DNA of 64,000 bases from Escherichia phage vB_EcoM_LNA4: sequence record MZ311864.1. One strand, 5' to 3'. Shown here in pieces: positions 1 to 9,266 of the stretch; position 1 is the first letter of the stretch; every line of letters starts with the position of its first letter. Made by a program: the position numbers and the translations under genes. The notes below the pieces were generated by a model. That model worked only from the letters and a program-made list of their open reading frames with translations. It was not told where the DNA came from and ran no database searches.

Positions 1-284
1 ACCGTATGTTTGTTCACAAGAACGTAACTTACATCGAGGATATCTCCAACTACATCCCTGATGGTGAAGCTTACATTCTGCCGCAAGGAATCGACGACAT
101 GTTCCAGATTCACTATGCACCAGCAGATGACGTTCGTGAAGCGAACACTCCTGCACAGGAACTGTACCTGTGGTACAAATCTTCTGCATACCTGCGTGAA
201 GAAAAGGTTGAGTCCGAAACTTCCTTCCTGACTGTTAACACCCGTCCGGAACTGGTTGTTCGCTCTACTGGTACTTTCGCATAA
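1..284 (+). CDS. structural protein, C-terminal fragment (5' end outside window; possibly major capsid protein)
   Basis: ORF open from window edge, ends 284, followed directly by a strong hairpin terminator; sits upstream of the head/tail module. Confidence 0.4.
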   Translation, partial: RMFVHKNVTYIEDISNYIPDGEAYILPQGIDDMFQIHYAPADDVREANTPAQELYLWYKSSAYLREEKVESETSFLTVNTRPELVVRSTGTFA

Positions 285-306
285 GATAGCGTAACTGCTA
301 CCTCTA

Positions 307-347
307 AGAGGGGGAGGTGATTATTCACCTCTCCCTTTTTCTTTTTC
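307..347 (+). terminator. rho-independent terminator
   Basis: GC-rich inverted repeat (gggggaggtga / tcacctctccc) followed by tttttcttttt. Confidence 0.7.
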
Positions 348-417
348 GTCACCTTAATAATAGCCACTTCATCAATGGTGTCAAGTGGTTTTTACTAAGG
401 TAACCAATGGAGATTTT

Positions 418-942
418 ATGGCTAATCAAAACTATCGTATTTTCCCGAACAAAGTAGAACTGTTCAAATTCTTCGGCACTTATGCTCCGGAACTGAATGT
501 TGGTGTTTCCTCACGTCTTCCTCTGAATGGATTTTGTGTTGGAAAAGAGCATAAGGCTTTCCGCAACTCTGTTGAGTTCTTCAAGGCACTAGCAGAGATC
601 TCTGGCCTAGATGTAGATGCTGAACATTCAACGCTGCGTATGGGTACATACATCGTATTTTTCAACAGTGCTCTTCCAAACCCTAACCGTCGCGGTAAGG
701 CAGTTGAGGCGACTGTGGCTCCGAAGGTTGATGCTCCGGTGGTTGAGGTTAAGTCTGCGAGTTATGAAGCAATCCTAACAGAAGCAGAAGCCCTCAATGA
801 TGAATCTGACAAAAAAGGAAGCAAGGATAAACTTGCTGACCTGGCAGCAACCAAAGGCATCACCCTTGCGAAAAACAAATCTTTCGAAAACATGATGGCT
901 GACTTCAAGGCTGCTCTTGAAGAACTAGAGCCTGCAAAATAA
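418..942 (+). CDS. hypothetical structural protein
   Basis: ORF with GGAG 5 nt upstream of ATG at 418 (preferred over ATG at 385); stop abuts next gene. Confidence 0.55.
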   Translation: MANQNYRIFPNKVELFKFFGTYAPELNVGVSSRLPLNGFCVGKEHKAFRNSVEFFKALAEISGLDVDAEHSTLRMGTYIVFFNSALPNPNRRGKAVEATVAPKVDAPVVEVKSASYEAILTEAEALNDESDKKGSKDKLADLAATKGITLAKNKSFENMMADFKAALEELEPAK

Positions 943-951
943 GGGGTAAAA

Positions 952-3573
952 ATGGCAGATTACAATGATAAGGTCGTTAACGCCGAACTGATCCTCCCAG
1001 AGGGCGGTGCGGGGGAGACCTTTGTTGATGATGGTCAATTCCACACGGAAGACACGACCACCGTCACACTTCTCGGTAATGGTACATCCACTACCCCACT
1101 GAAGGCAACTGTTATTGTAGATCCTGCTTCCGGAAACGCACTTGTAGCTGGCTCTGACGGTCTTTCCGTTGGTGTCAGTACAATCAGTGACAACCTGCTT
1201 GTATTGGCGGGTGGAAAGCTGTATGTTGCTCCTCCTCAGATCGTCATCCCAATTTCTACTAAGACTGGAAACACTCTAGTAGAAGTCACCGACCCAGGTG
1301 AAGAGGGGCTATATGTCCCGCCGGGTGAAAAGGGTGATAAAGGGGATCAGGGGCCGCAAGGTGAACCGGGTGTCGGTATTTACATCCAAGGTATTGTTGG
1401 AGATCCATCCCAACTACCGCCTGCATCAACAATGCAGGAAGGCGATACATACGTTATTGGAACACACTACTGGACTGTTGTAAACCAGCAATGGGTTGAC
1501 CTTGGTGACTTCGCTGGTCCACAGGGACAGGACGGTATCGGCTTGGTAATCAAAGGATCTTTCACCGACACTGCATTCCTTCCGCAAGATGGGAACACCG
1601 AAGGTGATACCTACATCATCCAGGAACAGATGTGGGTTTGGACAGGAAATGAAGACGGCTGGCAACCAGTTGGGCAAGTTGGACCAACAGGCCCACAGGG
1701 TGCTACTGGTGCTACAGGCCCACAGGGTCCTCAAGGTTTAAAAGGCGACAAGGGTGACAAGGGTGACCAAGGCCCTCAAGGTATTCAAGGCCTCACCGGA
1801 GAACAGGGTCCTCAAGGACCTAAAGGTGATAAAGGTGAAGATGCTGCCATTGTTAAACTGAAAGGTACTAAAGCCACTGAAGCTGATCTTCCGGCTTTCG
1901 GTAATGCTGTCGCTGATGCTTGGGTTGTACAGGAAAACAACCACGTATGGGTTTGGACATCAGATGGTGCCTGGGAAGATATTGGCCCTGTACAGGGTCC
2001 GAAGGGTGATCAAGGTGATGTTGGCCCTCAAGGACCACAGGGACAGAAAGGCGACCAAGGTCCAATCGGCCCTGATGGTGCCCCTGGCCCAGCAGGTGCT
2101 GAAGGCCCTCAAGGTATTCAGGGTCCAATCGGCCCTAAAGGTGACAAAGGCGATACAGGTCTAACTGGTCCAGTAGGCCCACAAGGTCCAGTTGGACCAA
2201 AGGGTGACCGTGGCGAAACAGGTTATGGTGCTCGCGTTCTTGGTACTAAAGGCTCAACCGTCGATCTTCCAGCTACAGGAACACCTGGTGACGCATGGAT
2301 CATTGTGCCTAACCTTTACGTCTGGAGTCAGTCTGATGCTCAATGGATCAACGTAGGTCCTTATGTAGGACCGAAGGGTGATAAAGGCGATACTGGGGAT
2401 GTTGGTGCAACAGGCCCTAAAGGTGATACTGGCGCTGATGGGCCGCAGGGTCCACAGGGTGATGTTGGCCCCCAAGGACCAGCAGGTGCTGATGGAGCAC
2501 AAGGACCAGAGGGACCTATGGGTGTTGCTCTTGTTCCGAAAGGTACTGTAGCTAGCCAAGCTGCATTGCCGACAGGTGCATCGCACGGGGATTATTACAC
2601 AACTGATGACACCGGGGAAGGCTTTGCTTTTGATGGTTCCGGTTGGATTAATCTTGGTGTTATGAGAGGTCCTCAAGGGGATCAAGGTCCACAAGGGCTA
2701 CAGGGCGACACGGGGCCACAAGGTCCGAAGGGCGACACAGGACTTACAGGACCAACAGGACCGCAAGGCCCTCAAGGTGAAATGGGTCCTGGTGTAGAGA
2801 TCATCGGCAAACTGGACAACAGTTCTGAACTACCTTCAACAGGTACATTAGGCCAGGGATACCTGATCAATGGTGACTTCTGGGGGTGGACAGGAACAAC
2901 CTACGAAAACCTTGGACCTATTCAAGGACCTCAAGGTGATGTTGGTCCAGCAGGACCAACTGGTCCACAGGGTAGCCAAGGGATTCAGGGTGTTAAGGGA
3001 GACCAAGGTACACTTTGGTTAAACTTTGCACGTAACCCAGGCCCTGCTGATGGTCGTGTTGGGGATTACTTCATTAACAAATCTACACTTGAATATTTCC
3101 AGAAAACCTCTGCTACGGTATGGGCTTCTCTCGGATATATGGGTGGTGGTAACGTTTATGATACCTCCTCTACCACACCACAAGCTCGTACAAGTTCAGG
3201 TTGGGTGGATGTTCCAGTTCTTGAAGCACCTACTGATAGCGGTTATTATGTTCGTGTAAACAGCGCATGGAAGAAGCTTGATCGTTACGATCTTCTTGTT
3301 ACCTCCACGACTGGTGCAATGGACGTTAACGTATCACAAGTGTTCAAAGTCGATGGTACTGCAAACAAGACCATGAGCTTTACAAACCTCCCTGCTGACC
3401 GAGCGATGACAATCGTGATCGTGTTTACTGGTTCCGGTGCGTCACTGACGTGGCCTGGAAACCTTGCATGGTCAAACGGTACGTCAGTAACTCTTGGAAC
3501 AACCCGTACAGTGGTGACTATCCTTTGGGATGGCACAAACCTGACAGGTACTACATCCTTAACGGTTAACTGA
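952..3573 (+). CDS. collagen-like repeat protein (Gly-X-Y tracts), putative fibre/decoration protein
   Basis: 873 aa; long GPQGxxGxKGDxG runs alternating with seven Trp-containing modules; AAGGGG RBS. Confidence 0.85.
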   Translation: MADYNDKVVNAELILPEGGAGETFVDDGQFHTEDTTTVTLLGNGTSTTPLKATVIVDPASGNALVAGSDGLSVGVSTISDNLLVLAGGKLYVAPPQIVIPISTKTGNTLVEVTDPGEEGLYVPPGEKGDKGDQGPQGEPGVGIYIQGIVGDPSQLPPASTMQEGDTYVIGTHYWTVVNQQWVDLGDFAGPQGQDGIGLVIKGSFTDTAFLPQDGNTEGDTYIIQEQMWVWTGNEDGWQPVGQVGPTGPQGATGATGPQGPQGLKGDKGDKGDQGPQGIQGLTGEQGPQGPKGDKGEDAAIVKLKGTKATEADLPAFGNAVADAWVVQENNHVWVWTSDGAWEDIGPVQGPKGDQGDVGPQGPQGQKGDQGPIGPDGAPGPAGAEGPQGIQGPIGPKGDKGDTGLTGPVGPQGPVGPKGDRGETGYGARVLGTKGSTVDLPATGTPGDAWIIVPNLYVWSQSDAQWINVGPYVGPKGDKGDTGDVGATGPKGDTGADGPQGPQGDVGPQGPAGADGAQGPEGPMGVALVPKGTVASQAALPTGASHGDYYTTDDTGEGFAFDGSGWINLGVMRGPQGDQGPQGLQGDTGPQGPKGDTGLTGPTGPQGPQGEMGPGVEIIGKLDNSSELPSTGTLGQGYLINGDFWGWTGTTYENLGPIQGPQGDVGPAGPTGPQGSQGIQGVKGDQGTLWLNFARNPGPADGRVGDYFINKSTLEYFQKTSATVWASLGYMGGGNVYDTSSTTPQARTSSGWVDVPVLEAPTDSGYYVRVNSAWKKLDRYDLLVTSTTGAMDVNVSQVFKVDGTANKTMSFTNLPADRAMTIVIVFTGSGASLTWPGNLAWSNGTSVTLGTTRTVVTILWDGTNLTGTTSLTVN
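1285..3010 (+). repeat. Gly-X-Y codon repeat region inside collagen-like gene
   Basis: Repeated ggtccNcaaggt / aaaggtgataaaggcga units visible at DNA level. Confidence 0.7.
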
Positions 3574-3575
3574 CA

Positions 3576-3597
3576 AAAGGGGCTTCGGCCCCTTCTA
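3576..3597 (+). terminator. GGGGC-UUCG-GCCCC stem-loop, weak terminator or RNA stability element
   Basis: Perfect 5-bp GC stem with UUCG loop after collagen-like gene; short T tract (ttct). Confidence 0.45.
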
Positions 3598-3608
3598 AAG
3601 GAGAACAA

Positions 3609-4253
3609 ATGGTAGTATATTCCTACACACCGATGATCAGGTCTTCTGACGGTAAATACCCAGTATATCTTACTGATTTCAGGGCAGACAACCCTAACGT
3701 CAGCATTGGTACTTGGGTTTACTCAGAGAACATTGCAGAGTTCGGATATTTTCCGGTGATCCCTGTGACACCGCCAACTGGTGATGTTGTCATGGAAGGA
3801 CCTCCTGAATTTAACGACCAAACCCAGCAATGGGAACAGACATGGACATCTCGTGATTTCTTACCTGAAGAAATTGCTGCGAATCTCGAATCTGCAAAGC
3901 AGAGTAAGAAAGCAGAGGCACAGAACGTCCTCTCCCGCGATGTTGATTTAGGTATTCCATACCCGGTTGGTAACGTTGAGTATAAAGTCAGAGTGAAAAG
4001 CTTCGACCTCGCAACCCTTCTTACAATCAAATCGGTGCTGGATTCAGATGGTGACCAAAGCTCTGAAGTATATCCGTTCAGATTCCTTGATGGATATAAA
4101 TCAGACTTTACACACGCTGAAATGAAAGACCTTGTGATTCAGGTTTCTCGTGCTCAGTATGGTTTAATGAAGTCTTACTGGGCGTATCTTGATCAGGTCG
4201 AGCAGGCAACTACTCTACAAAATATCCCTGCACTCCCAGATTCATTCCTGTAA
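3609..4253 (+). CDS. hypothetical structural protein
   Basis: 214 aa ORF with AAGGAG RBS, tightly packed in structural block. Confidence 0.55.
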   Translation: MVVYSYTPMIRSSDGKYPVYLTDFRADNPNVSIGTWVYSENIAEFGYFPVIPVTPPTGDVVMEGPPEFNDQTQQWEQTWTSRDFLPEEIAANLESAKQSKKAEAQNVLSRDVDLGIPYPVGNVEYKVRVKSFDLATLLTIKSVLDSDGDQSSEVYPFRFLDGYKSDFTHAEMKDLVIQVSRAQYGLMKSYWAYLDQVEQATTLQNIPALPDSFL

Positions 4254-4262
4254 GGAGTTGTC

Positions 4263-4814
4263 ATGGTAGCTGCAACAACGGGTGTTGGTGGTATAGTTTA
4301 TGGTAGGACTCTTGTTAGCCAAAAAACTGGCAAGAAAATAGATTTTGATGATATTGGTGTGATGACCAGCAGGGTTAAGTCAGAATGTTATTTCACTGGT
4401 CTTAACCTTGTTATTCAAACAACCCCTGTAAATCTGATAAGTCTTATAAAATCTTTACCGCATACAGGTTCGTTATCCCCATTCTTTAATACAACAACCA
4501 ATAAGTTGAATGTTTTTAATGAGGATGCGACCTGCGACTTCAAATTGAACGTTGCCGGATCTTGGGGAGGCTCTACAGGCAATAGAAGCATGACCGTAGA
4601 TTTCCCACAGACAAACGGCAACTCACTGACAAAGACAAGAGATGCTCAAGTAACCTCTGACATCCTTTCTTTCCCTACCTTCTTCAGTGTTGACAAAGGT
4701 GGTAACATTGCGACTAACGGTACAGACATAACAATAGTCTCTAACGGGTCCAATTTTACGATCACATCGCTGTTGATTATAGCTGAACAAATCATACCGA
4801 CCACAATGGTCTAA
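4263..4814 (+). CDS. hypothetical structural/fibre-like protein
   Basis: 183 aa ORF, RBS AAGGAG, Thr/Asn/Gly-rich. Confidence 0.5.
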   Translation: MVAATTGVGGIVYGRTLVSQKTGKKIDFDDIGVMTSRVKSECYFTGLNLVIQTTPVNLISLIKSLPHTGSLSPFFNTTTNKLNVFNEDATCDFKLNVAGSWGGSTGNRSMTVDFPQTNGNSLTKTRDAQVTSDILSFPTFFSVDKGGNIATNGTDITIVSNGSNFTITSLLIIAEQIIPTTMV

Positions 4815-4834
4815 CCTCTAAAGGAGAAATAAAT

Positions 4835-5134
4835 ATGGCAACTTCTGGTGTAGCTGGTCTGCTTTACGCAACTAAACTCATCGACCTCGGTACTGGACAA
4901 TCCATCAGCGTTGCTGATATTATCTCAGGATCTGGTGGCGGTGGTTCAGTAGCTTGGGCCGACATCACAGGTAAACCAACCACTTTCGCACCTGTGGCAG
5001 CAACCACAAGCGTAGTTGGTGGTGTTAAGATGGCAGCAACCCAGGCAAACAGCACAGCAACTGATGCCGCTGGTCTGGTTACTGACTTCAACGCCTTGCT
5101 TGCAAAACTTAAAGCCGCTGGTATTATGGCGTAA
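4835..5134 (+). CDS. Gly-rich small fibre-like protein
   Basis: 99 aa; AAGGAG RBS; motif WADITGKPTTFAP resembles fibre proteins. Confidence 0.5.
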   Translation: MATSGVAGLLYATKLIDLGTGQSISVADIISGSGGGGSVAWADITGKPTTFAPVAATTSVVGGVKMAATQANSTATDAAGLVTDFNALLAKLKAAGIMA

Positions 5135-5138
5135 TCAA

Positions 5139-5164
5139 GAGGCCCTTCGGGGCCTTTTATTTTA
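5139..5164 (+). terminator. rho-independent terminator (UUCG loop)
   Basis: GGCCC-TTCG-GGGCC followed by ttttatttt. Confidence 0.7.
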
Positions 5165-5561
5165 GGAGTGGCCTAACACCCGCTTCCATGTTCACGTTTA
5201 CCATTGGCTCTTTACCATCTTTGTAATATGTGCAGATGTATGCCCCCTTAAAACCTTGGGTCCCATACAGGATTGCAACATCATTCAAATATTGATACCC
5301 CTCTGTTTGTTCCGTGATTTCATTCATCTCTCCGGTCTGCACTACAGATACACCGGGTTTAAATGCCTTACGAAATGCTTGATCGCAAGAGAGCCGCACA
5401 AGACGATGAATGCTCGCTGTCTTTTCTTCTTTTGATAACCAGCTTGTCTCGATAGATCTTAGGTTGTCTTGGTCTGGGTGCTTCATGATATAGGTGGTAG
5501 TGACCAAAGCTGCAACAACAGCACCAACAACCAATGCAACAATTCCCTTAGTATTCTTCAT
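5157..5561 (-). CDS. membrane-anchored protein encoded opposite to the structural genes (moron-like)
   Basis: 134 aa ORF on minus strand with N-terminal hydrophobic helix (IVALVVGAVVAALV), flanked by terminator and AT-rich promoter region. Confidence 0.5.
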   Translation of the reverse strand: MKNTKGIVALVVGAVVAALVTTTYIMKHPDQDNLRSIETSWLSKEEKTASIHRLVRLSCDQAFRKAFKPGVSVVQTGEMNEITEQTEGYQYLNDVAILYGTQGFKGAYICTYYKDGKEPMVNVNMEAGVRPLLK

Positions 5562-5630
5562 AAAATGTTCTCCTGTATTCGTTAATTACCATTACGATAA
5601 CACGTTAGATCAGTCTGTCAAGCGTTTTTA

Positions 5631-5659
5631 ATGACAAATAGAATCTTTTATGATAAGAT
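5631..5659 (+). promoter_or_regulatory. sigma70-like promoter candidate (ATGACA-N17-TAAGAT with TG extension)
   Basis: -35 TGACA, 17-nt spacer, TGaTAAGAT extended -10, about 40 nt upstream of gene at 5696. Confidence 0.4.
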
Positions 5660-5695
5660 ATTGATTAATAGAAGAGCAATCCAACAGGAGCGAAA

Positions 5696-6214
5696 ATGAC
5701 AGACCAAGAAATTATTGATTACATTCGACTGCTCCTTGGGTCAATTCCTCCAGAGGTCTTGCCTGATGAAACCATTTTGGCATTCCTTGCAATCGAAAAG
5801 GTAAAGGCTAATTGGCCTAACCCTGATGCAACCCCTTGCGACATGTGGCGTGTTATTTATAACACAATGGTCGATGTCGTTCGTTGGTTAATTCTGCAAG
5901 AAGTTAACTCTGGTGAAGCATCTATCACAGAACGTCTGGAAAAGATCGGTGACGAAACAATCCAGGTTAAGGGTGGTTCCACATACCAGAACTGGAAAGA
6001 CTTCCTGGACTGGCTGCAAGCTAACCCTGATTATGTGAATGATTGCCTCAGCGCGGTATCAAGTTTAGTCATTGTTGGCGGTGTCCGTCAAGATGAATAT
6101 CTTCGCGTTAAAAGGAATCCAAACTCAAGAGGTCCTTTCGATGTTGCAGGCATTGTACCCCAGACTGGTGTACCGGGAATCCCTCGTAGATACCCTCACC
6201 GCTGGCCTCGTTAA
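5696..6214 (+). CDS. hypothetical head-tail joining region protein
   Basis: 172 aa ORF, CAGGAG RBS. Confidence 0.55.
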   Translation: MTDQEIIDYIRLLLGSIPPEVLPDETILAFLAIEKVKANWPNPDATPCDMWRVIYNTMVDVVRWLILQEVNSGEASITERLEKIGDETIQVKGGSTYQNWKDFLDWLQANPDYVNDCLSAVSSLVIVGGVRQDEYLRVKRNPNSRGPFDVAGIVPQTGVPGIPRRYPHRWPR

Positions 6215-6232
6215 TTATCCTTCGCTTGATCG

Positions 6233-6261
6233 TTGATTTTGCTAAGATAATGTGGTAAAAT
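6233..6261 (+). promoter_or_regulatory. sigma70-like promoter candidate (TTGATT-N17-TAAAAT, extended -10 TGg)
   Basis: Read directly; lies in the 59-nt gap before the gene at 6274. Confidence 0.45.
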
Positions 6262-6273
6262 ACCTAAACGGAT

Positions 6274-6756
6274 GTGGCTATGAGACCAAAATTCACAAGT
6301 AAGCAAGATCTGAGCCAGTTAGAGAACTTCTTCAAAGCTACCAAAGTGCTTGATTATCGTCAAGTATCATATGGTTACTACGACGACCCTCACTACTCAG
6401 GTCTTAATACTGCGACTCTCGCAGCGATTCACCAAGAGGGCTGGAACGGGCTACCTGCTCGCACATTTATGACCAGCGCCGCAGTTGCTTTCAATAAGGA
6501 ACTGAACAAACTACAACAAGATCTGTTTGCATATCTCGCAATGGGCGGTCAGAACCTGACCCCGATTCTCAACAGGATCGGTAAAGCCGGGGCGAGAAAA
6601 ATCCAATTCGTGATCGATACCGGACTATTCCCTCACAACACAGTATCTGATGCCTGGGCTGATGTCAAGGGATTCAAAGAGGCTATGTTCCACTATGGAG
6701 ACCTCAAAGAGTCCACAACATTCAGAATTTCAAAAGGTAAGGATTCGGGGGTATAA
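6274..6756 (+). CDS. hypothetical protein (head-tail module)
   Basis: 160 aa ORF (GTG at 6274 or ATG at 6280). Confidence 0.55.
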   Translation: MAMRPKFTSKQDLSQLENFFKATKVLDYRQVSYGYYDDPHYSGLNTATLAAIHQEGWNGLPARTFMTSAAVAFNKELNKLQQDLFAYLAMGGQNLTPILNRIGKAGARKIQFVIDTGLFPHNTVSDAWADVKGFKEAMFHYGDLKESTTFRISKGKDSGV

Positions 6757-7190
6757 TGGCAGGTTACAAACTTATTGGTAAGAACAAACTGATCCCACGC
6801 CCAACATTTGTTGGACGACACAGAGAATACGCCAAAGTGGATATGGACAACCCGTTTGAAAACCAAGGCATCCAAATCAACTATGAAGAGTTCGATGTCC
6901 TTGAATGCGTTGTTCAGCCGCTTACTGGTAAGGCCGCACGAGACTATACTTCTCAACTGATGCAGGAAGGTGGGAGACAATATGACTCCTTCACCGTGTA
7001 TTCCTCAGTGATGTTACGTGGCCCGGTAGAGGGTTCTAATGAACTTGCTGACCAAATTAAGCTGATGAATTCCCGTGGGGAAATGGTGTGGTTCACCGTG
7101 ATAAAGTCTGATCCCTATCAGACCACAGGTGTTGCACGTTTCCGCGCTTACGTGGTGTCTGTTCCTGAAGGGACAAACGGAGGAATTTAA
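6756..7190 (+). CDS. hypothetical protein (head-tail module)
   Basis: 144 aa ORF, start overlaps upstream stop. Confidence 0.55.
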   Translation: MAGYKLIGKNKLIPRPTFVGRHREYAKVDMDNPFENQGIQINYEEFDVLECVVQPLTGKAARDYTSQLMQEGGRQYDSFTVYSSVMLRGPVEGSNELADQIKLMNSRGEMVWFTVIKSDPYQTTGVARFRAYVVSVPEGTNGGI

Positions 7191-7720
7191 TGGCAGGATT
7201 CACCAATTCCGATGAGATCTTTGATGCCCTGACAAAAACTGTAGGTTCTTTCTGCAAAGAAACAACAGGCCGAAAAGTTGTACTGGCAGGTGAAGATGAG
7301 ATCCCAAAAATTGATGGTGAATTCATTCTTGTAGACCTTACAGCAGTTGACCAGATTGACTGGCAGGCTGATGAAGGTTTGGATGCTAACGGCAATGCAA
7401 CGACGATTCACAACTATGAGGTTGTGTATACGCTCACAGCATATCGTGGAAAAGCTCCAAGCGCTCTTAGTAGGGTTTTACAGGCGATGAACTTACCATT
7501 CATTTACGATAAATATTTTCCGACCAATTCTCCTTTTGCATACTCATCCTCTTCGACGATTTCTCGTCTGAGAGTGCCTCTGAATGTGCAGAAGTTCGAA
7601 AACCGTGCTGTGGTGCTGATTACGTTCAACGTATGCTTCATCGAAACAGACACCGGAGCTTTCGAGGACCTGGAGAAGATCAACGCTCAACTCGTTTATC
7701 ACTTTCCGGATCAAGACTAA
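7190..7720 (+). CDS. hypothetical protein (neck/tail completion region)
   Basis: 176 aa ORF, start overlaps upstream stop. Confidence 0.55.
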   Translation: MAGFTNSDEIFDALTKTVGSFCKETTGRKVVLAGEDEIPKIDGEFILVDLTAVDQIDWQADEGLDANGNATTIHNYEVVYTLTAYRGKAPSALSRVLQAMNLPFIYDKYFPTNSPFAYSSSSTISRLRVPLNVQKFENRAVVLITFNVCFIETDTGAFEDLEKINAQLVYHFPDQD

Positions 7721-7768
7721 AGAAAACCACTCGGTTATTGATAAGCATTCGCTTATTAGTGATCGTAT

Positions 7769-7788
7769 AAGAGGGCTTCGGCCCTCAT
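7769..7788 (+). other. GAGGGC-UUCG-GCCCUC stem-loop without T tract
   Basis: Perfect hairpin with UUCG loop upstream of sheath gene; no U run, so likely processing/stability element rather than terminator. Confidence 0.4.
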
Positions 7789-7850
7789 AATACAGCACAA
7801 AGAGGTGCTGGTCAATAACTGTATGTACAGAAATAAAGAAGAGGAAACCG

Positions 7851-9263
7851 ATGGCTTATAATGATAAGGTGGTTGACGTTACGGTCACGCTTGGTACTCA
7901 ACCAATCGACACCAAAGGGTTTGAAACCCCGCTGTTCCTGGCTATCCACAACGTCTTCCCTGAACGTTTTCGCGCCTATACCGAACTCGATCAGCTAGTA
8001 GATGATGGATTCGCTCCAGGTTCCCCAGCTTATGTCTTCGCAACAAAAGCATTCGCTGGTACATTCCGTCCTCAGTACCTGATGGTTGGTCGTCAAGGCT
8101 TCACTAATACCATCGTGGACTTCACTGGACAGGTAAATACCGACCCTGAAGCGCCTGTAGCCCTGAACGTAGTTTCCGGTGCTTATCAGACCAGCGTTAT
8201 CGTGGCGGTAACTGGTGCATCCACCCCAACCAGTATTGCTACCGCTCTGGCAGCATCTCTGAATGGTGATGCAACACTGACCACTGTTTTAACTGCAACC
8301 GCCAGCGCAGGTGTGGTAACAATCGCTCCTAAGAATGGTGGTGCATTCAGCGTCGGTCGCGATAGCGGAAACATGACTATCAGCAACACCTCTGGTGAAA
8401 CTGTGTCCTCTGTTCTTCCTCAGATCCTGACTGCAACTGAGAACTGGTACTTCCTGAGCACCGAGTCTCACACCAACGCATCCATCCTGGCTGCTGCTGC
8501 ATTTGCTTCTGCTAACTACAAGCTGCATGTGTATGCAACCGCCGATGAACTGGTTAAAACTGCTGGTAGCAACTCCATTGCTAACCAACTGAAAGCCCTC
8601 CAGTACGATACTTCTATCGGTATGTATGATCCGCTTGCGGATAGCGCATTCTCTGAAGGTGGTATCATCGGTGCAATGGCTTCCAACGATCCTTCTTACG
8701 GTGACTCTATTCACCTGAAGACAATGGAAGGTGTGATTGCTCCTACCCTGAGCGCTACCGACCGTATGACCATTTGGGGACAAAACTTGAACTTCTACCG
8801 TATGATTAACGGTGTTGGTTCCTTCTACGAAGGTAAGTGTGCTTCTGGCAACTACGTAGACGTTGTTCGTTTCGGTCACTGGCTGAAGTTCCGCACAGAA
8901 GAGAGCGTGTTTGGTTACATGTCTCGTCGTTCTAACATGGGTCTCTCCATGAAGATGAGTGATGACGATCTGCCAAACCTGAAGTCCGTGATGATGAACA
9001 ACCCAATCAACGTTGGCATCACCAACGGCTCTATCCTGACGGGATATGATGACGTAAACAAAGTGTTCTACGATCCGGTGATCACAATCCCGCTTCGTGC
9101 AAACATCCCGACTAACGATCTGGCTGCTCGTACTCTGAACAATGTGAAAGTGGAACTTGTGTACAACACACCACTGCACTTCGTTAAGATCCGCATGACC
9201 GTTCTGTTAGATAAAACAGGGTCTAGTTCCGGAAACGGTCAGACTGTAACAGCAGGAGTGTAA
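7851..9263 (+). CDS. tail sheath protein
   Basis: 470 aa ORF first in the order sheath-tube-chaperone-tape measure typical of myoviruses. Confidence 0.6.
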   Translation: MAYNDKVVDVTVTLGTQPIDTKGFETPLFLAIHNVFPERFRAYTELDQLVDDGFAPGSPAYVFATKAFAGTFRPQYLMVGRQGFTNTIVDFTGQVNTDPEAPVALNVVSGAYQTSVIVAVTGASTPTSIATALAASLNGDATLTTVLTATASAGVVTIAPKNGGAFSVGRDSGNMTISNTSGETVSSVLPQILTATENWYFLSTESHTNASILAAAAFASANYKLHVYATADELVKTAGSNSIANQLKALQYDTSIGMYDPLADSAFSEGGIIGAMASNDPSYGDSIHLKTMEGVIAPTLSATDRMTIWGQNLNFYRMINGVGSFYEGKCASGNYVDVVRFGHWLKFRTEESVFGYMSRRSNMGLSMKMSDDDLPNLKSVMMNNPINVGITNGSILTGYDDVNKVFYDPVITIPLRANIPTNDLAARTLNNVKVELVYNTPLHFVKIRMTVLLDKTGSSSGNGQTVTAGV

Positions 9264-9266
9264 TAA

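Noticed and set aside
385-417. Upstream ATG at 385 as start of the gene ending at 942
   Set aside because: ATG at 418 has a GGAG 5 nt upstream; the 385 start lacks an RBS and would run into the terminator region.
5562-5695. Possible tRNA or small RNA gene in AT-rich intergenic regions (also 7721-7850, 22261-22368)
   Set aside because: No cloverleaf-compatible arms or conserved tRNA boxes; better explained as promoter and terminator sequence.
8289-9179. 296-aa minus-strand ORF inside the tail sheath gene
   Set aside because: Antisense to a well-supported gene, Cys/His-rich low-complexity translation, no RBS; likely spurious.
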